Source: Dictyostelium discoideum
Lineage: Eukaryota
Direction of reading: 5' to 3'
DNA length: 64,000 nucleotides
Assembly: GCA_000004695.1 (NCBI GenBank)
Contig: CM000152.2
Coordinates: forward strand, 2,944,001 to 3,008,000
Part shown: positions 52,500 through 64,000 of the stretch, one piece after another
How positions within the stretch are numbered: position 1 is the stretch's first letter
How the letters are laid out: the number at the start of each line of letters is the position of its first letter
Program-made: the position numbers and the translations under genes
Notes under the pieces: model-generated
What the model was told of the DNA's origin: nothing
Databases searched by the model: none
What the model saw: only the letters and a program-made list of their open reading frames with translations

Positions 52500-53587
52500 T
52501 TAAATTAATTTTAAATCTTTAAAAATTAAAGGTAATTGAACTTCAAAAATTGATAAATGAATTGTTGGATTATTTAAATTCTTTTTAATTGTATCAACAG
52601 TATGAAATATATTTAAACATGCATTATGGGGACGTGGTGCACCAGGTAATTTTTCATTGATAGGTTTGATGATTGATTGTGGATTAGTGATTCCCAATAC
52701 ATTTGCCATATCGATTGCCATATCATATTTGGTTTTCATTTGTTGACCTGAAAAATGATAAATACTATTGTATTGTTTTGAAATCATTAATTCATAGCAA
52801 ACACGTGCAACATCTTCAACACAAGTTGGATATCTAATTTGCCAATTATCAATTTCGATTGGTTGATTTGCATCTCTTGCTTTGATAACTTGTTCTGCGA
52901 CTGCTGTAACTGCACATTCTTTTAAATTTTCAACATAACCATACAATACTGGTACTCTAAGTATGATATACTTGAATGAATCAGATTCTTTGGATGCTTT
53001 GATAATTAATTGCTCAGATTCTTCTTTGGTTTTACCATAAAATGATAATGGGTTGGTTTTGGCATCAATATCATATGGTGGGTTTTCACCATCGAAAACA
53101 TAATCTGAACTAATGTAAAATAGAGTTGCATTAACAGATTTAGATAATTCAATCAATTTTTCAGTGGTACCAACATTTAGTTTTTGAGTTTTCTCTTTAT
53201 CACCTTCACATTGATCTGGTCTTCTTTCAGCTGCTGCATGAATGATAACGTTTGGTTTGAAATCATTAACAAATTCACTCAATTCAGAATCATTGGTAAT
53301 ATCTAATTTTCTTAATTCATTTGGAAATTGATTTACATATTTTTCATATCTACTCCATCCTAATCCAACTAATTTTATATGTTCTAATGGTGGTTGTGTA
53401 AATACTTTCATTAATGCTCTTCCTAATAATCCAGTTGCACCTTTTTTTATTTTTTTATTTTTTATTTTTTTTTTTAATTAGTAAAAAAAATAAAATTTTA
53501 TTTATTTTGTTAAGATTATGTATTTCTATATGATTATTCATTACCAGTAATTAGAACTTTGGTTTTTGGTAATGCAGCATTTGACAT
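52500..53587 (-). CDS. Methionine adenosyltransferase 2 subunit beta-like / RmlD-type NAD(P)-binding reductase. Exons: 53545..53587 and 52500..53440.
   Basis: Exon 1 is MSNAALPKTKVLITG with donor G|GTAATG. Exon 2 (after AAAAAAAG|) is GATGLLGRALMKVFTQPP.... This restores the Rossmann GxTGxxG motif that is absent from the track ORF. The rest of the ORF (YISSDYVFDGENPPY; PVLYG; IDNWQIRYPT) is RmlD/MAT2B-like. The intron is 104 bp, phase 1. Confidence 0.8.
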
Positions 53588-53945
53588 TTTTATTATGTAA
53601 CTAGTTACAAAATTATTTAAATGATAATGAATGTGTGTTTTTGAAAAAATGAAAATGAAATTATTTTTTTTTTTATTTTTTTTTTTGAACTTAATGTTAA
53701 TAAAAAAAAAATAAAAATAAAAATAAAAAAATAAAAAAAATAAAAATTAAATAAATTTTTAATGGAAACCCCTTCTCCAAAAATAAAAAATAATAAAATA
53801 AAAATAAAATAAAATTTTTCCTTTTTTTTGGTATGATATTATTATTATTATTATCATTATTATTACTATTTACAGATACACAAATTTTGTGTATATTTTT
53901 ATTAATGTTGTTTTTTTTTTTTTTTTTTTTTTTTAATTAGGAAAT

Positions 53946-54325
53946 TTATAAACTTAAATTGGATCTTATTATAGATTTAGCCCTTGAAGAAGAAATTCTA
54001 TGGGATATTGCCAAATGAACTAAAATGGATTTTCTGTAATAATGGTTTGAAAGTATTTCATAAATTTCTTCTTTTTCTCTATTTGGTACATCAATTAAAT
54101 ATTGTTGTTCATCTTCTTTTTCTTCTTCATCTTTCTCATTATTTTCTTCTTTTTCTTTATCATCTCCTTCTTGTTGTTGCTCTTCTTCTTCCTTTTCCTC
54201 TTCATCTTCTTCACTAATTTCAATTTGTGGTAAGTCATCTAGTGTATCATGATATTCATTATCATCATCATCACTACTAATATTACTATTACTACTACTA
54301 CTAATACTATTACTTATTATAATAC

Positions 54326-54367
<42 letters not shown>

Positions 54368-54373
54368 TATTAC

Positions 54374-54413
<40 letters not shown>

Positions 54414-54827
54414 TATTATGTGTTGTTGTTGCTGTTCCATTGTTTCATCTTGTATATTACTATTATTATCAGCGGTGGTACTGTTATCGTTACAGTAGTC
54501 ACTGAGTTTTAATTTTTTTATTTTAGTTTTATTTTCAACATCTTGACCATCACTATCAAGTTCATCGTTTATTAATTCATTATTGTTATTATTGTTGTTG
54601 TTGTTCTCGCTATTAATTTCATCATTTATTAATTCATTATTGTTGTTGTTGTTGTTGTTAGTATTGTTTGAGATATCATTATCATCAACAAAATCATTGG
54701 ATATATCATTATTTCTATTAAAGCTTTTGTTGTCATCGTCATCATTATCGTTATTGTTTTTGTTATTTTTATTATTATTATTGTGGTCCATTGTGGAAGT
54801 TTTTTTATCTATCCCTAAATAGTACAA
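53946..54827 (-). CDS. Hypothetical acidic low-complexity protein (poly-N, poly-D/E). The real start may be the internal MDHNNN.
   Basis: ORF with a non-repetitive C-terminus (EIYEILSNHYYRKSILVHLAISHRISSSRAKSIIRSNLSL). The rest is N/D/E-rich. No domain recognised. Confidence 0.4.
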
Positions 54828-55254
54828 AAACTTTAATGAAAAAAAAAAAAAAAATTAAAAAAAAAAAAAAAAAAATTAAAATAAAAATAAAATAAAAATA
54901 AAATTAAAATTAAAAAAAAATAAAAATAAAAATAAAATTAAAAAAACACATTTGGATATTAATCTATAGCTATGTGAATAAATGGTTATGAAAAAAAATG
55001 GCGTTTTGTTTAATGGTGGTTTTGTAAATACTTTCATTAATGCTCTTCCTATAAAAATAAAAAAAAAAAAAAATTAAAAATAAAAAAAAAATAATAATAA
55101 TAATAAAAACAATTGTTTTGCATAAAAAAAACAAAACAATTTAAAAAAAAAAAAATAAAAAAAAAAAAATAAAAAAATGGTAATGAAAACTAAATTAATT
55201 TAAAATTAATTCACTTTGTAAAAATAAATAAAAATTTTTACTTTAATTTTTTAA

Positions 55255-55285
<31 letters not shown>

Positions 55286-55650
55286 TGTTTCTCTTTAAAC
55301 TCCAACAAATACACTCACATATATAAATATATATATATATATATATTTATTTTAAAAAAGAATCAAATTATTTTTTATTTTTTTTTTCTTTTATTTGTAA
55401 AGAGAAAAAAAAATATTTTTCTTTTTTTTTCAAAAAATGTAAGTTTCAGATTTTTTTTTTTTTTTTTTTTGAGGCAGGTGGTTTTTCGAATTTAATTGAA
55501 AATTCAAACTATTTTTGGGAAGTGGTTCACATGTCATCGTAATCAAATCAAAGGAAGTGGTTTGATAATCAATAGTCCAATTTTTTTTTTTTTTAATTTT
55601 TTTTATACAATTATTGTTTTTATCTACTTTCTTTTTTTTTTTAATTAAAT

Positions 55651-55695
<45 letters not shown>

Positions 55696-56588
55696 AAATC
55701 ATTTTTTTCTTATTTTCACTTTTTTTTTTTTGTTTTTTTTTAAAAAAAATTTTCAAATAAATTTGTCTTTTTAATTTCCATATTATTAGAAATTAATTTA
55801 ATATATATTGTTTCACTTTTTTTTTTCTTTTTATTTATTTTCAATTTTTATTTTATTTTATTTTTTTTTTTGCGTTTAAAAAAAAGAAAAAAGTAATAAT
55901 AAATAAAATAAAATAAAATAATATATGTAGTAAAATTATTTAGTCAAAAAAAAAAAAAAAAAAAAAAGAAATTGGTAATTACAACAATAGGAAAAAGGAA
56001 ATTGTTGTTAGAGGATTAATTTTTGTTTTATTGTATGTAATTCTTTTTTTTTTTTAATTTTTTTTTGGTATGGTTTTATTAATAATCATTAATTGTCATC
56101 ATGATTAAAATATTTTATTTTTTTTCAATGGTATAAAACACACACAAAATTTATTTTTTATTTTTTTTATATTAAATGACAAATTTGGGGTTATTTTTTT
56201 AAAAACTAAATGTGGTGTTTGTGGATAAATTTAGTGTGTGTGGTATTAGATATTTTTTTTTTTTTTAATTTCAATTTTTTTTAATTTTTTTTTTTAATTT
56301 TTTAAAATCTTGATATAGTTGATAATTTTTATAGTATGGAAAATATTACTTTAATAATAATAAAAAAGAAATTTCATTCATACACATTGACACGAATTTA
56401 ATTATTATTTTAAAAAAAACTTAAAAAAAGTCCAATGTATTATTTTTTATCACCTCCTCCCCCACAAACTCATTATGTCACCATGAAAATTTCGATTTTA
56501 TCAAAATTAAATAGTATTATATTTGCTTAATAATAATTTTAATTTTAATTTTATTTTTTATTTTTTATTTTCCCCATAACAACAAAAC

Positions 56589-56644
<56 letters not shown>

Positions 56645-56806
56645 AAACTATTATCTACCAACTAAACAATAATAATAATAATAAATAATATTAATAAAAA
56701 TAATAATCATAATATTATTAAAAATCATAGTATAGTTAATGTTTTATTTTATTTATTTTATTATTTTTTAAATAATTTGAATAAATAATTTTTTTTTTAA
56801 AAATAA

Positions 56807-56843
<37 letters not shown>

Positions 56844-58772
56844 CGACATTCAGAAAAAAAAAAAAAAATAGAAAATAATATTATTTTATTTCATCAATTT
56901 CAATTCCATAGTGTTTTTATAAATTAAAAAAAGAAAAAACAATATTCTTTTAAAATCTAGAAATAACTTATTTTTTCAATTAAATTACCATATTTTTTTC
57001 AAAATTATTTATTTATTTATTAATTTATTTATTTTCATTTAAAATTATATCAATTGTTTTTTTTTTTTTTCCATAATAAAATATTTTCTTATATTTTGAC
57101 CCACTCAACTCATTCACTCAAAGTATTAAGTTTCAACTCATAAAAAAAAAATATTTTAAAATTTATCACCCACACACACAATAATAATAAAAAAGAATTT
57201 GTAAACAGACTGTCTGAAAATTTGGTTTTGGAAATCAGTTTTTAGAAAGAATATTTAAACCTATTAATTTATATATTAATATGTAGGTGTTTATTTAGAA
57301 TTTTTTATTTTTTTTTTTAATTTTTTTTTTTAATTTTTTAATTTTTTTTTTTTGTCCCATACAATAATTCGTGGTGGAAGCAGTTATTTGTATTACAAAA
57401 AATAAAAATTAAATTAATTAATAAAAATAAAAAAAATCAAAAAAAAAAAAAATCAAAATTGAATAAATTTCAATAAATATCATAGAAAGACAATCATACA
57501 CACACAAACCAACGCAACCTATGATATTTATTGTAAAAAGATTCATTTAAAATAATTCTTTTGTTCCTTTTTCATTTATTTTGTCGTTTTTCCTTTCATT
57601 TTCAAATCATAATTAATTAATTCATCCATTCGTTGTGTAATTATTGTGTTTTTTTTTTTTTGCTAGATATTTTCTTTTTTTTTTTTTTTTTTTAATAATA
57701 CGATCATCAAAAAATTAAAATAAAAAACGTACAACAATAACAATAAAATTAACACCCAACACCCAAAAACATCTTTTATAAATTATTTTAAAATTAAATT
57801 AAATTTTAAAAATCAAACCCCCCACCCCCACTTATTTTCTAAACACTTTTTTTTTTTTTTTTAATAGACACATAAAAAAAAAAAAAAAAATTCTTGCACA
57901 CTTGTTTTCATGTCATTTAATCATTCACACGTTATTTAGATCTTTTTTTTTTTTGGGTTTTCCATAAAAAACAATCAGCAATATTTTATAGATTATAGCA
58001 TTAGGTTTTTTTTTTTTAATCTTTGCATTTAAAATTATTTTTTTTTTCTTTTTTTTTTTTTTTTTTTTTTTCAAAAAAATTTCACATAAATACACACATA
58101 TATATATATTAAAAAATTGGTTAAAGATATTATGGCAACACCACCGCCATAATAATTATTAATAATAATAAAAACCAGAATTAACGCCAAAAATTATTAA
58201 TTGTTTGAATTTTATTTTTTTATTTTTTAATTTTTTTTTTTATTTTTTATTTTTTGTTATTAATTTAAAAAAAAAAAAGAATTATTATTTTTTCTTTATT
58301 GCATTTATTTATTGTATTAAAAACCTAATTCTTAATTTATATTTTTTATTATTTTTTTCCATAAATTTTTTTTTTTTTTTTTCTTTTTTTAAAAAAAAAA
58401 ATAATAATAATAATAATTTTATTTCTTTCTCCACCATCGACAATTATTTATTTATTTTGTATTTCAATTGTTTAATTTATTTTTTATTTTTTTTTATCGC
58501 CGAATTATTTCAAATAAAATTTAAATTAAAAAAAAAAAAAAAAAATTAAAAAAAAAAAAAATAATTAAAAAAATAAAAAAAAACTAATTAAAATATCGGT
58601 TTATTTATTTTTTTTTTATTAATTAATAATAATATTAATATTAATATTAATAATAATAATAATTTTTTCGAATTTATCAGTGTAATTATTCAAATAATTT
58701 TATTTTTTTTATTCAAAAAAAAAAAAAAAAACTCAAATCCAAATGAATTTTTGGTAAAGAATAAAATAAAAA

Positions 58773-58946
58773 ATGAATAATAATAATAATAATCAAAATA
58801 ATAGGATCAAATTTCCAATGGATAGTAGCGGAAATGGTAATAGATCAAATAGAAATGCACAAAATTTTTATGACCCGCCATTAAATTCCAGTCTTTTACC
58901 ACAGCAACAATCTCAAGAATTTATACAATCACCATCGAATAATAAT

Positions 58947-58986
<40 letters not shown>

Positions 58987-59681
58987 GAAATGAATTACAT
59001 TCACCACCACCAATATTTAATTACAACGAAATGAAAAAACAATTTTTACCACCATCAAATTATAATTTTAATCCAGCAACTACAACTTCATCTTCATCAT
59101 CATCATTAAATAATAGTCAAAATGAAAAGAATATGAATTCATTTTTTAACTCTAATCAATTTAAACAAAGTGATTCAATTTTAAATAGAAAACCTCAAAT
59201 GTTTAGAAGTAAGAGTTCTCCACATGTGCAATCTCCGATATCATATTCACCAATGGATACTTCATTACATAATAAATTAACGACAACAACTACAACTACA
59301 ACAACAACAACTACATCATCTTCAAATGATAACAATAATAATAATAACAATAGTAATAGTAGTGGTAGTAGTAGTATACTATCACCAATGTTAATGTCAC
59401 CAGTTTTTAATAGATTATATCAATCAAAGAGTACTCTATCATTTGATGCCAATGGTTTAGTAAATGGTTTACCAGAGGAAGTTTTAGTAAGAATTTTCAA
59501 AATTTTAAATGTGGAAGATTTATATAAATGTTATAGTGTTTGCAGTTTATGGAAAAGACTTTGTGAAGATGAAGCAATTTTTAGAAAAGTTTGTTTTAGA
59601 AATTATCCATGTTTAAAAACTTATATTAGACCTCCATTTGAAAATTCTTGGAGAAAATATTATAATTTAAGAAAGGTATTT

Positions 59682-59721
<40 letters not shown>

Positions 59722-60711
59722 ATAATTATAAAAACATATATTAATTTTATTTTTATTTTATAGTCATCATTTTTAGTACTAGGTGGACCAACATCACAAT
59801 CATCATGTATGGATGATATTTGTGCCAAATTAAGATCAGTTGGTATTGGTAATGTTGATAGTTTTTATGCACAAAAAAGGTTACCAACATTAGAGGAATT
59901 ACAAAAGTATACAAGTATTTTAATTTATAGTTATAATTCATCAGCATTTTTAGATGGTCAATTAATGGGTGATGTTTTATCAGATTATGTTGATAATGGT
60001 GGTGGTGTAGTGGTTACAGTATTCACCAATTGTAATAATCTTAGAAATGGTTTCCTCAAGGGTAGATTTTTAGATCAAAATTATCATCCAATCATTCCAG
60101 CAAGACAACATGATACCAATGGTAAGAAACCATTGAATTTGGGTAAAATTCATGCTCCAGATCATCCAATTTTACATGGTGTTAAATCATTGGAAGGTGG
60201 CCGTTCATCTTTCTTTTGTTTAGGTGCAATTAATCCCGAAGCTAAATTGGTTGCAGAATGGTCAAATGGTGTCCCATTAATTGCCGATTTAAGAAAGAAA
60301 AAAGGTAGAGTTGTCGCCCTTAACTTTTTCCCACCTTCCTCTGATACTGGTGACCCCAGATTTTGGAACTCAAATACGGATGGTAGTTTAATGATGGCAA
60401 ATTCTTTGGTGTATGTTGGGAAGAGTTCCATCTTTAGAAAAAGTAGATTAGAAGGTGCCTCCTACGTTAATGATTCTAAAAATAAATCATCAAATGATGC
60501 TGAAGGTTCAAACAATCGTAAACCAAGTGATTCAGACTTAAGAAATAGCGAAAATGGGTTTGGTCAATCAAGTTCAAATGGTTCCTCCTCAAAAAGAGAT
60601 AAAAGACATCGATTTCTTTTAGGAAAAAGGTTCTCCTTCTTTAAAAATATGTTTAATTCTAAAAAATCTGTAAATCAACAGTCATCATCATCGTCATCAC
60701 CAAATAATTAG
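58773..60711 (+). CDS. F-box domain protein. Exons: 58773..59675 and 59764..60711.
   Basis: Exon 1 ends ...LPEEVLVRIFKILNVEDLYKCYSVCSLWKRLCEDEAIFRKVCF...YNLRK|GTATTT. That region is an F-box (LP.E.L..IF..L...DL..C..VC..W..L). Exon 2 (after TTTTATAG|) is SSFLVLGGPTSQSSCMDDICAKLRSVGIG... and continues into track ORF 59809..60711. Both junctions are phase 0. The intron is 88 bp, made of poly-T and AT. Confidence 0.7.
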
Positions 60712-60845
60712 TAGTAATAAAATAAAAAACAACAACAACAATAACAATTAATTTTATTTTCATATATCTTAATAATAAAATATCTTTAAAAAAAAAAAAA
60801 AAAAATCTTTTTTTTTTTTATTTTTTAAATTAAAATTAAATATTT

Positions 60846-63140
60846 TTATTCTTTTTTTTCGATATCTTTTTCTACCTCTTTTTCTACCTCTTTTTCTTGT
60901 TCTTTTTCTTTTTCTTGTTCTTTTTCTTGTTCTTTTTCTTTTTCTTGTTCTTTTTCTTGTTCTTTTTCTTGTTCAGTTTCAGTTTCTTTTTCATTTTCAT
61001 TTGTAGTTTCAGTTGTAGTGGTAGTAGTGGTAGTTGTAGTTTCAGCCTCTTCGAAATGAATAATATCATCAGCATCTGGAACTTTTTCCAAGAAAATTTG
61101 ACCAGGACAAATTGTTTCAAAAATTTTCTTTGCTTGATTAATTTGGTATTCATAATCGACAGTTTGACCATTTGGTGAATCTGAACAAACTATAATATTA
61201 TTATCATTTTCTTGATGAATTGATTCAACGAAATCAACTGAATAATTAAAATAAGAACCCCAAAGCAATGTTGGCGAAGTACTATCTTTATCATTATCTT
61301 TTTTAGTAGTATTATTATTTAATATTTGTTCGACACATTGTTTTAAATCATTTTCTGCTGTTGAATCTGCTAAAGTTGTAAAATGAATAAGTGCTATAAT
61401 TAAAAAATATTAAAATAAAAATTAATATGTTAATAAAAATATAATTCGAAAATATATAATATATAATATTATTAATATTACTAATGATAATAATTACCTT
61501 TATTCTTATTATATGGAACACAAATTGAAGATAATTGTAAAATGTTAATAACATTTTTATTATTTCCAATTGATTTTGGTGGAATTGTAATGAATGAATC
61601 ATTTTGAGTACCAATAATTTTTGATTCAATGATACCAATAAATCTAGAACTAAAAAATTATTAATTATTAATTATTATTGAGAAAAAAAAAATGAATTTT
61701 ATATTATTATAAATTAATTTTTTTAAAAAAAAAAATATATACTTACTAAGTTTTTCTAATAGTTTTTTGTGGTAAAATTAAATTATTTTGTGATGATGAA
61801 ATTGTATTTAAATATTTTGGAGAAGTTATGAAATGAGTTGTTTGAATAGTTTGACCTTCAGAACAAATGATTGATTTAACTTTACCAGTTTCTTGATTGA
61901 ATTGAATTGAATCGACAGTACGACCTAAAACATAAGAACCACCAAAAACAGCGCATAATCTACAAAAAGCTTGTGGAATATCACCAACGCCATAATATGG
62001 TATTAAAAATGGTGAAACTCCATAAACCAATAAAGACGATGTGTAGAGGAATACAGACTCAATACCAGTTTCCAATGGAATCGATTCTAAATCCTCATGA
62101 ATCAATGATAAACCATATAGAATGAATGATTCAACCAATTGAGTGAATTTAAAACTTTTAATATAGTCAATGAAACTTTTGAATTGTTTTCCTAATTCAA
62201 TGATTGATAATTTGAAATGGGCTTCTTTTTCAGCGTCATCTAAATCTGATCCTTCCTTTTTCAATTCTCTAATTGATTCCATGAATTTCATAATTAAACG
62301 TTTCTCTTTCAAAGAGAATGTACTATCTTTAAAAATTGAACCTTTAGTTGATGGAATTTCATGTACTTTTCCATTTGTAAATAAATAATTTTGATCCAAT
62401 GATTTAAATTCTAAATATCTTGATGCTGATGATGAAATTAATAACTTTACCAATGCACCACGTCCATATAATAATGTTGGTGAAATATCAATTGAAAATA
62501 ATCTACCTAATTCTTCTAAACTTTTATCACTTACTAATGGTACATCAATAACTTGTAATATTTCTGTCGATTCTTTATTTTCTATTGATTTTATATTTTC
62601 TTCTTCTTCTTTTTGTTCTTTATTGTTTTCGTTTGTTGTGGTTGTTGTTGTTGTTGTGGTTTTTGTTGTTGTTATTGTTTCATTTTCTTTATTATCTTGT
62701 TTACTTTTTTTATCTTCTTCTTCCTCATTTGGTTGTGGTGATGGTGTTTTTACAAGTTTATTTATTACTACATTTTCAAAATATGGTGGAACCAAATCAT
62801 TTTTATCAATGATGTTATTTATATTAGATTCTTGTAAAATTTTTGTAAGTTGACCTAAAGTGAATGAACTATCAAAACCACCATAAATTACTTTTTTATC
62901 AAAATGTAAAACTTGTTTACCTGCTCTTGCCAATGCACTGGCAAGTTTTTATTTATTATTAATTAAAAAAAATATTAGAATTATTTTTAATTTAAACAAA
63001 GTTATTGAAAAAAAAATATATGTATATATTTTAACTATTAATTACCCTGCAACTAGTGATTCAACTAAACCAGTACCTAATATTACACAATCGAATTTAT
63101 CATTTTCTAACCAAGTGCTAGTTTTTCTATGTTCTTCCAT
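60846..63140 (-). CDS. Rab escort protein (REP/CHM family; GDI-like) with a poly-T/EKEQ acidic tail. Exons: 63046..63140, 61747..62937, 61498..61649 and 60846..61393.
   Basis: Exon 1 is MEEHRKTSTWLENDKFDCVILGTGLVESLVAG|GTAATT, the FAD/GDI dinucleotide-fold start (DVI..GTGL.ES). Exon 2 (after TTGCCAG|) is (G)ALARAGKQVLHFDKKVIYGG..., the REP signature, and ends ...QKTIRKT with TA|GTAAGT. Exon 3 (after TTTTTAG|) is (Y)SRFIGIIESKIIGTQNDSFITIPPKS...PYNKNK with G|GTAATT. Exon 4 (after AATTATAG|) is (A)LIHFTTLADSTAENDLKQCVEQIL...LLWGSYFNYSVDFVESIHQ...*. The phases (2, 2, 1) check arithmetically. Confidence 0.65.
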
Positions 63141-63288
63141 CGTAATTCTTTAATTTTATTTTATTTTTACTGATTTATATATTTCTTATTTTTTTATTTT
63201 ATAAAACAAAGTTTTGTGTGTGTTGTGGTGGTGATATTTTAAATTAAAAAAAAAAAAATAAAAAAAATAAAATAAAAATGAAAAAATG

Positions 63289-63322
<34 letters not shown>

Positions 63323-63521
63323 ATGCAACGTTGGTTTGTGGAAAAATTCAACGAAATAATTCTTATTATTTTACATACTAAAAAAAAAAAAGTTTTTTTT
63401 TTTTTTTTTTTATTTTTATTCTTATTTTAATCTAGTTCTAAAAAAAAAAAAAAATTTACATTTTCTAAAATCTAAATTTAATTTTTGAATCGACTCAATC
63501 TAAAGATTTTGAAATTTAAAA

Positions 63522-64000
63522 TTAATTTTTTGTATCAATCCAATCTAAAGATTTTGAAATTGCTTTTTTCCATTCTTTTAATTTTTGAGTTTTATGATTT
63601 TCATCTAATTGTGGAGTGAATTTACCACCAATTTTAAATTGCATAGTTTCTTTCCAAACACCAGTTGCAATACCAGCAGCGAAAGCAGCACCAAAACAAG
63701 TAGTTTCTAAACTTATTGGTTTTACAACTGGTAAACCAAGTAAATCTGATTGAATTTGCAAGAGTAAATTATTTTTAGCCATACCACCATCAACACGTAA
63801 CTCTACCAATTTATTTCCCGAATCTTTTTGCATTGCATCTAAAACTTCAAATGTTTGAAGACAAGTTGACTCCAATACAGATCTTGCTATATGACAACGA
63901 TTGGTATGATGAGTTAAACCAACCATTACACCTCTTGCATCGTCTCTCCAATAAGGTGCGAATAATCCACTAAAAGCAGGTACAAAATACATACCACCAG
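63522..64000 (-). CDS. Glycerol kinase (FGGY family), C-terminal part. The 5' end lies beyond the window end.
   Basis: Translation YFVPAFSGLFAPYWRDDARGVMVGLTHHTNRCHIARSVLESTCLQTFEVLDAMQKDSGNKLVELRVDGGMAKNNLLLQIQSDLLGLPVVKPISLETTCFGAAFAAGIATGVW is the conserved glycerol-kinase C-terminal domain. The frame is open to position 64000. Confidence 0.85.
   Translation of the reverse strand, partial: GGMYFVPAFSGLFAPYWRDDARGVMVGLTHHTNRCHIARSVLESTCLQTFEVLDAMQKDSGNKLVELRVDGGMAKNNLLLQIQSDLLGLPVVKPISLETTCFGAAFAAGIATGVWKETMQFKIGGKFTPQLDENHKTQKLKEWKKAISKSLDWIDTKN

Noticed and set aside
55470-55560. Possible tRNA because of a TTCGAAT string.
   Set aside because: There is no cloverleaf. The stretch lacks a GGTTCGAATCC T-loop and has no acceptor-stem complementarity. 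It is treated instead as a possible Sm-class small RNA.
61348-61638. Track ORF MVSLNQKLLVLKMIHSLQFHQ... on the minus strand.
   Set aside because: Mostly intron read-through. The real coding segments are the REP exons 61498..61649 and 60846..61393, which lie in a different frame.

Overview
This window looks like Dictyostelium-type social-amoeba nuclear DNA rather than a prokaryotic locus. It is extremely AT-rich. Intergenic regions and introns are made of A/T homopolymers and simple repeats. Coding regions carry (AAT)n, (CAA)n and (GAT)n tracts that encode poly-N, poly-Q and poly-S/D runs. Many genes are interrupted by short (about 77 to 250 bp) AT-rich introns with GTAAGT / GTATGT / GTAAAT donors and AG acceptors. 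I found no operon-like or prokaryotic defence system, no rRNA or tRNA, no CRISPR array and no clear transposon.

By splicing the supplied ORFs across introns by eye I reconstruct about 24 protein-coding genes. The better-supported calls are a NAK/AAK1-family kinase, a synaptobrevin R-SNARE, ANAPC5, a FNIP-repeat protein, a large LRR/EGF/TIG transmembrane protein, a MIF4G protein, an MCRS1 orthologue (MCRS_N plus FHA, five exons), ZMAT2/Snu23, an EFM4-like methyltransferase, a leishmanolysin (GP63, M8) peptidase, MetAP1, COX16, an ARM-repeat pseudokinase, a PAS-domain kinase, a SNIP1-like FHA protein, a MAT2B/RmlD-like reductase, an F-box protein, a Rab escort protein and a partial glycerol kinase.

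The ORF track appears to use TTG as a start codon as well as ATG. Several of its 'M' residues are internal Leu codons, and several ORFs are halves of one spliced gene.

The points most worth a second look are: an ANK-MATH-MATH-ANK-BTB fusion gene spliced across an (AAT)n intron; apparent frame breaks inside homopolymer or triplet-repeat tracts in two genes; two unusually long gene-free AT-rich regions (about 3.5 and 3.9 kb), one holding a candidate Sm-site small RNA and DUSE-like motifs; and a diverged roughly 250 bp direct repeat in a divergent promoter.

All exon junctions are manual inferences from sequence and have not been checked against cDNA.
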